From assembly GCF_009914755.1 (NCBI RefSeq), contig NC_060936.1: 64,000 bases of DNA; one strand, given 5' to 3'. This document shows positions 55,836-64,000 of this stretch, one piece after another. Source of the stretch: the human T2T-CHM13v2.0 reference genome, Homo sapiens. Each line of letters begins with the position of its first letter. Position 1 is the stretch's first letter. A model generated the notes under the pieces. It did not search any database, was not told where the DNA came from, and was given only the letters and a program-made list of their open reading frames with translations. The position numbers were made by a program, and so were the translations under genes.

Positions 55836-56231
55836 TGTGTGGAGTCCGGAAGCCCCGGTTCCCCAATCGGGAGAGCTGAGTTCTGGCCACAACTCTGCTA
55901 AGTGGCTGGGCAGCTATTGAATTGTAGCTTTCTTTTCTGTAAAAGGAGGGAGGTGGCCTTGATGGTCTTTGTCGTGCTTTGCTTCATCGCCTTTCTGTTC
56001 CTGTGTCAGAGGAATGGAGTATATTTCATTCTGTGGTTGGAGCTTTCTCCTTAAAGCTTTGCCTCTTTGCTAGGCCTGGCTAATGACCTGCTCCCTAAAC
56101 ACCAGAGCACCTCTGTTTATGAAACCACAGGCTGCTGCTGCCGCTGCAAGTTGCTAGGCTGCAGAGACTCACCGAGGCTGGGCCTGCACGCGCCTCACAA
56201 TTACACATCTCTGTTCCAGAGATGGAAACCT

Positions 56232-56292
56232 CCTCCACCCCGCAGTGGTGAACGAGCCTCCACCCCGCAGTGGTGAACGAGCCTCCACCCCG
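56232..56292. repeat. Tandem repeat with a 25-bp unit, 2.4 perfect copies
   Basis: CCTCCACCCCGCAGTGGTGAACGAG. Confidence 0.95.
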
Positions 56293-56456
56293 GAGGAACA
56301 GCAGCAGGAGTGGATGGAGACTTGAATTTAGAAAGCAGGGAAAGGGGAATCGTTTGACTTCAGTCCCTAGCGAGGGTCATTACATAGTAATGATGTTTAA
56401 TCATTATGATGATTATAATGATGACGTGAACAATCGTACAGGTCCTCTAACAAATA

Positions 56457-58173
<1,717 letters not shown>

Positions 58174-58205
58174 TCCTTTCTGATGCAGCACTTACCGCGT
58201 GGTGA

Positions 58206-58999
<794 letters not shown>

Positions 59000-59307
59000 T
59001 CTCTTTTACTCTTTTAACATAACTAGAATAATAGTAAACATTTGTAGAGAGCTTGACTTCCAGTTTCTAGTAAACAATTATTCAGACTAACTCTCGAAGT
59101 AACTAAAAATGCTAGGAAAAATACTTGAAAATATCCTAAAAGCCACTACATGCTGACTGTAAGAAAGAAGATAGTGAGAAATTAGGCCAAAATTGAAGGA
59201 AAAAAACTGAAATGTAATCTGGCAAGGAAGCCACTTTTACTTTTGCCAGCTTAGCATATTTGAACTTGACCATGAATGATTTTATGGGGCAAGAGGCCAG
59301 AAAATTA

Positions 59308-59908
<601 letters not shown>

Positions 59909-59983
59909 GGCCAGAAAATTAAAATCCACGACTCACACTAAGCGGGAGTCCTTTCCCACGATAATCTGGGCCCTGTCGGACTC

Positions 59984-60180
59984 CACCAATGGTATGCTGG
60001 TAAATGTTCAACCACCAGCTCTGGCTGGGGCTGGGGAAGGAGGGTCCTGATGTATAAATCATTTGCCGATTTCCATGGTGTAAATACTCCCTCCACAGCT
60101 GATTCCAAACTCTCAGCATGAGGTCACTAAACACAGAGCTGGGAAGCAGAAGCCTGTAAACCATCTGCAGCACATCCCTG
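59984..60180 (-). mobile_element. MER63A-like hAT element
   Basis: CAATGGTATGCTGGTAAATGTT...CAGCACATCCCTG terminal inverted repeats. Confidence 0.75.
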
Positions 60181-60819
60181 GCTCCACCCTCAGACTACAA
60201 GAAGTCAACCAGTCTTGCACAACTATGCGGCCAGGATTCGCATCACCTGAGTGGTCGGGGGCTCACAAACCCTGAACTAGGATTGAGGTCACCCCAGACT
60301 AGCAGTGACCTGAGGGGCCTGGCAGAAGCAAATATAAATTATTTCTAGGGGGAGGCCTCAAATTATCCCTATGAATAAATTTTAAAATAGTGTCCAGCAT
60401 GGTCAAAGAGAACCAGGCATATAACAAGGAACTATGACACCATGAGCAAGACCTAGCAGAAACAGACTCTTGGAGACTTCAAATACTAGAATCATCAGAC
60501 ACAGGCTGTAAAACTACTGTGCTTTGTTGAAAGAAAGAAGTGTAAAAATACCTGCAGGAGACAGGAAACTACTAAAAGTGACATACTAGATTTACAAAGG
60601 ACATTTGAAGAAAGCTTTATGGTTTTATTGGGGATCAAAATCACAAATACTTTCAGGGGCCAGACAGGTAACACAAATGAGTAAAGTGGCTATGAGTGCA
60701 CTGGTGACCCAGATAACTCTGTCTGAAAGATACAGACAGAGCTCTCTGCTCTAGCCGATGGGTGCCATGTGGCACTGAGGGTCCAGTTTGCAGATCTGCT
60801 GGTTCTAGAGAAGCTGGGT

Positions 60820-61650
<831 letters not shown>

Positions 61651-61752
61651 AATTCTGACATAATATTTTCCTATTTTAAATTTTAAGATACATTTTTTTA
61701 AAGTTTCATGTGGCCCAAAGCACATACCTATTGATCTCACATATCTCTGTGA

Positions 61753-62542
<790 letters not shown>

Positions 62543-63718
62543 TAGGAAAAGGCCTGCGGTCTCTCCATTTCCACAGTAGCGTGTTCCCCAAAGACCAAAC
62601 CCTCAGGGGAAACGTCTAGAATGAGTAACAACTTAAGGCTGCAACCTTAAACTTTCCCAGGACTCAGTTTCCCCAGCTGTGAAATGGCTGCTGTCGGGCT
62701 GTCATCTCCAGGCCCGGGGCGCTGACATTTGGGCCACTCTCGGTCTCCCTCTTCATTCTGGGCGCGCATTAGCTCTGGTCCGGCCGGTTCCGCTGCAGCT
62801 GAACAGCAAGATGCGGCACCCAGGTTACCCTGATCATCGCAGATTTCTCCCCGGGGCTCTGTTCTGAGGCCTCAAAAGTGCTCCTTGTAGATGGGACCAG
62901 GGGTCATTTGGGCAGTAGCAGCGCCTGGTCTCAGTCTGGTACTGAAGTCAGGAATGGCTTAAGGTGAAATCGTGGTCCTCTGGTGAAGCTCAGCGAAGAC
63001 CCCCTCGCCTTGTTTATGACAAGAGAACTTCTGGGGGCGGGAGGAAGAGTCCCTGTTACGATGCTGATCATCATTGAGCTTTTGCTGAGCAGAAAACTCT
63101 TTAGTACTCAAGGTCGAGAGTCTCTGGTGGTCTGCCTGGCACCAGGCACCTTCCTACAACCCTAGTTTTCCAAAAGGACAAAGCCTGGGGCAGGCGACGT
63201 CCTAGCTCGCATTTGAACAGGGCCGCGGGCCAGCAGAGATGCGCGATGCCCAACTCTTTCCAAGAGCACCTCGCGTCCCGAACCGGTGCCTTCAACTCGG
63301 AGAAGTCAAGAGACCCGCAAGAAACTTGCACGACTGCACCCGCCGCCGCGCTCTGGGGGCTGGGCAGGGGCAGCTGGGCTGGCTCCCGGGGAACGCGACC
63401 CCCCCGCGCCCCGCAGACCGGCTGTCTCCCATGGACCCCTCGGCACCTGCAGCCTCCGAGGAAGGGTCAGCGCGCGTGTCCGCACGCCCGCCCCCACCGC
63501 GCGCCCAGAGCCGGGGGTCGCCGTGCGCCCTTCGCCACCTCCCCAGGAGGGCGTCCGGGGCGTCCCCTCTGGGGGCGCAGGAGGCCCGGGGGCGCTGCCC
63601 GGTGGCCGCGGCGCCCGGAGGCCGCACTGCCGGCGGCGGCGGCGGCGCGGCTCCCCCTGCTCTGTGCAGCTGCCGCCCGGCGCTTGCGCACTGGGCCAGG
63701 CGCGCGGCGGCCCCGGGC

Positions 63719-63990
<272 letters not shown>

Positions 63991-64000
63991 TAAGCGGAGG

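Overview
Primate, almost certainly human, genomic DNA that is very Alu-dense. The + strand carries the last 11 coding exons of CFAP251/WDR66 (exons 12-22 if the gene has 22 exons). All have GT-AG borders and consistent phases, and they encode the C-terminal WD40 repeats plus a degenerate calmodulin-like EF-hand tail, with the stop at 45566-45568 and ATTAAA at 45694. About 18 kb of repeat-rich intergenic DNA follows, then the CpG-island promoter and first coding exon of BCL7A (ATG 63898, donor 63990). Mobile elements include a full-length sense SVA with TSD (35.2-36.8 kb), a full-length THE1 MaLR (14.0-16.7 kb), about 70 Alus, old L1/L2/MIR pieces and Tigger3/MER DNA transposons. Nearly all long ORFs in the track are Alu, SVA or low-complexity artefacts. 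I found no new protein-coding system. The best leads are a recursive-splicing-type penultimate exon, the SVA next to the exons lost in a reported infertility deletion, two Alu-internal templated-insertion repair scars, a TAATC-rich palindrome, and a microsatellite-embedded uATG upstream of BCL7A. Repeat coordinates are approximate; exon coordinates were counted by hand.
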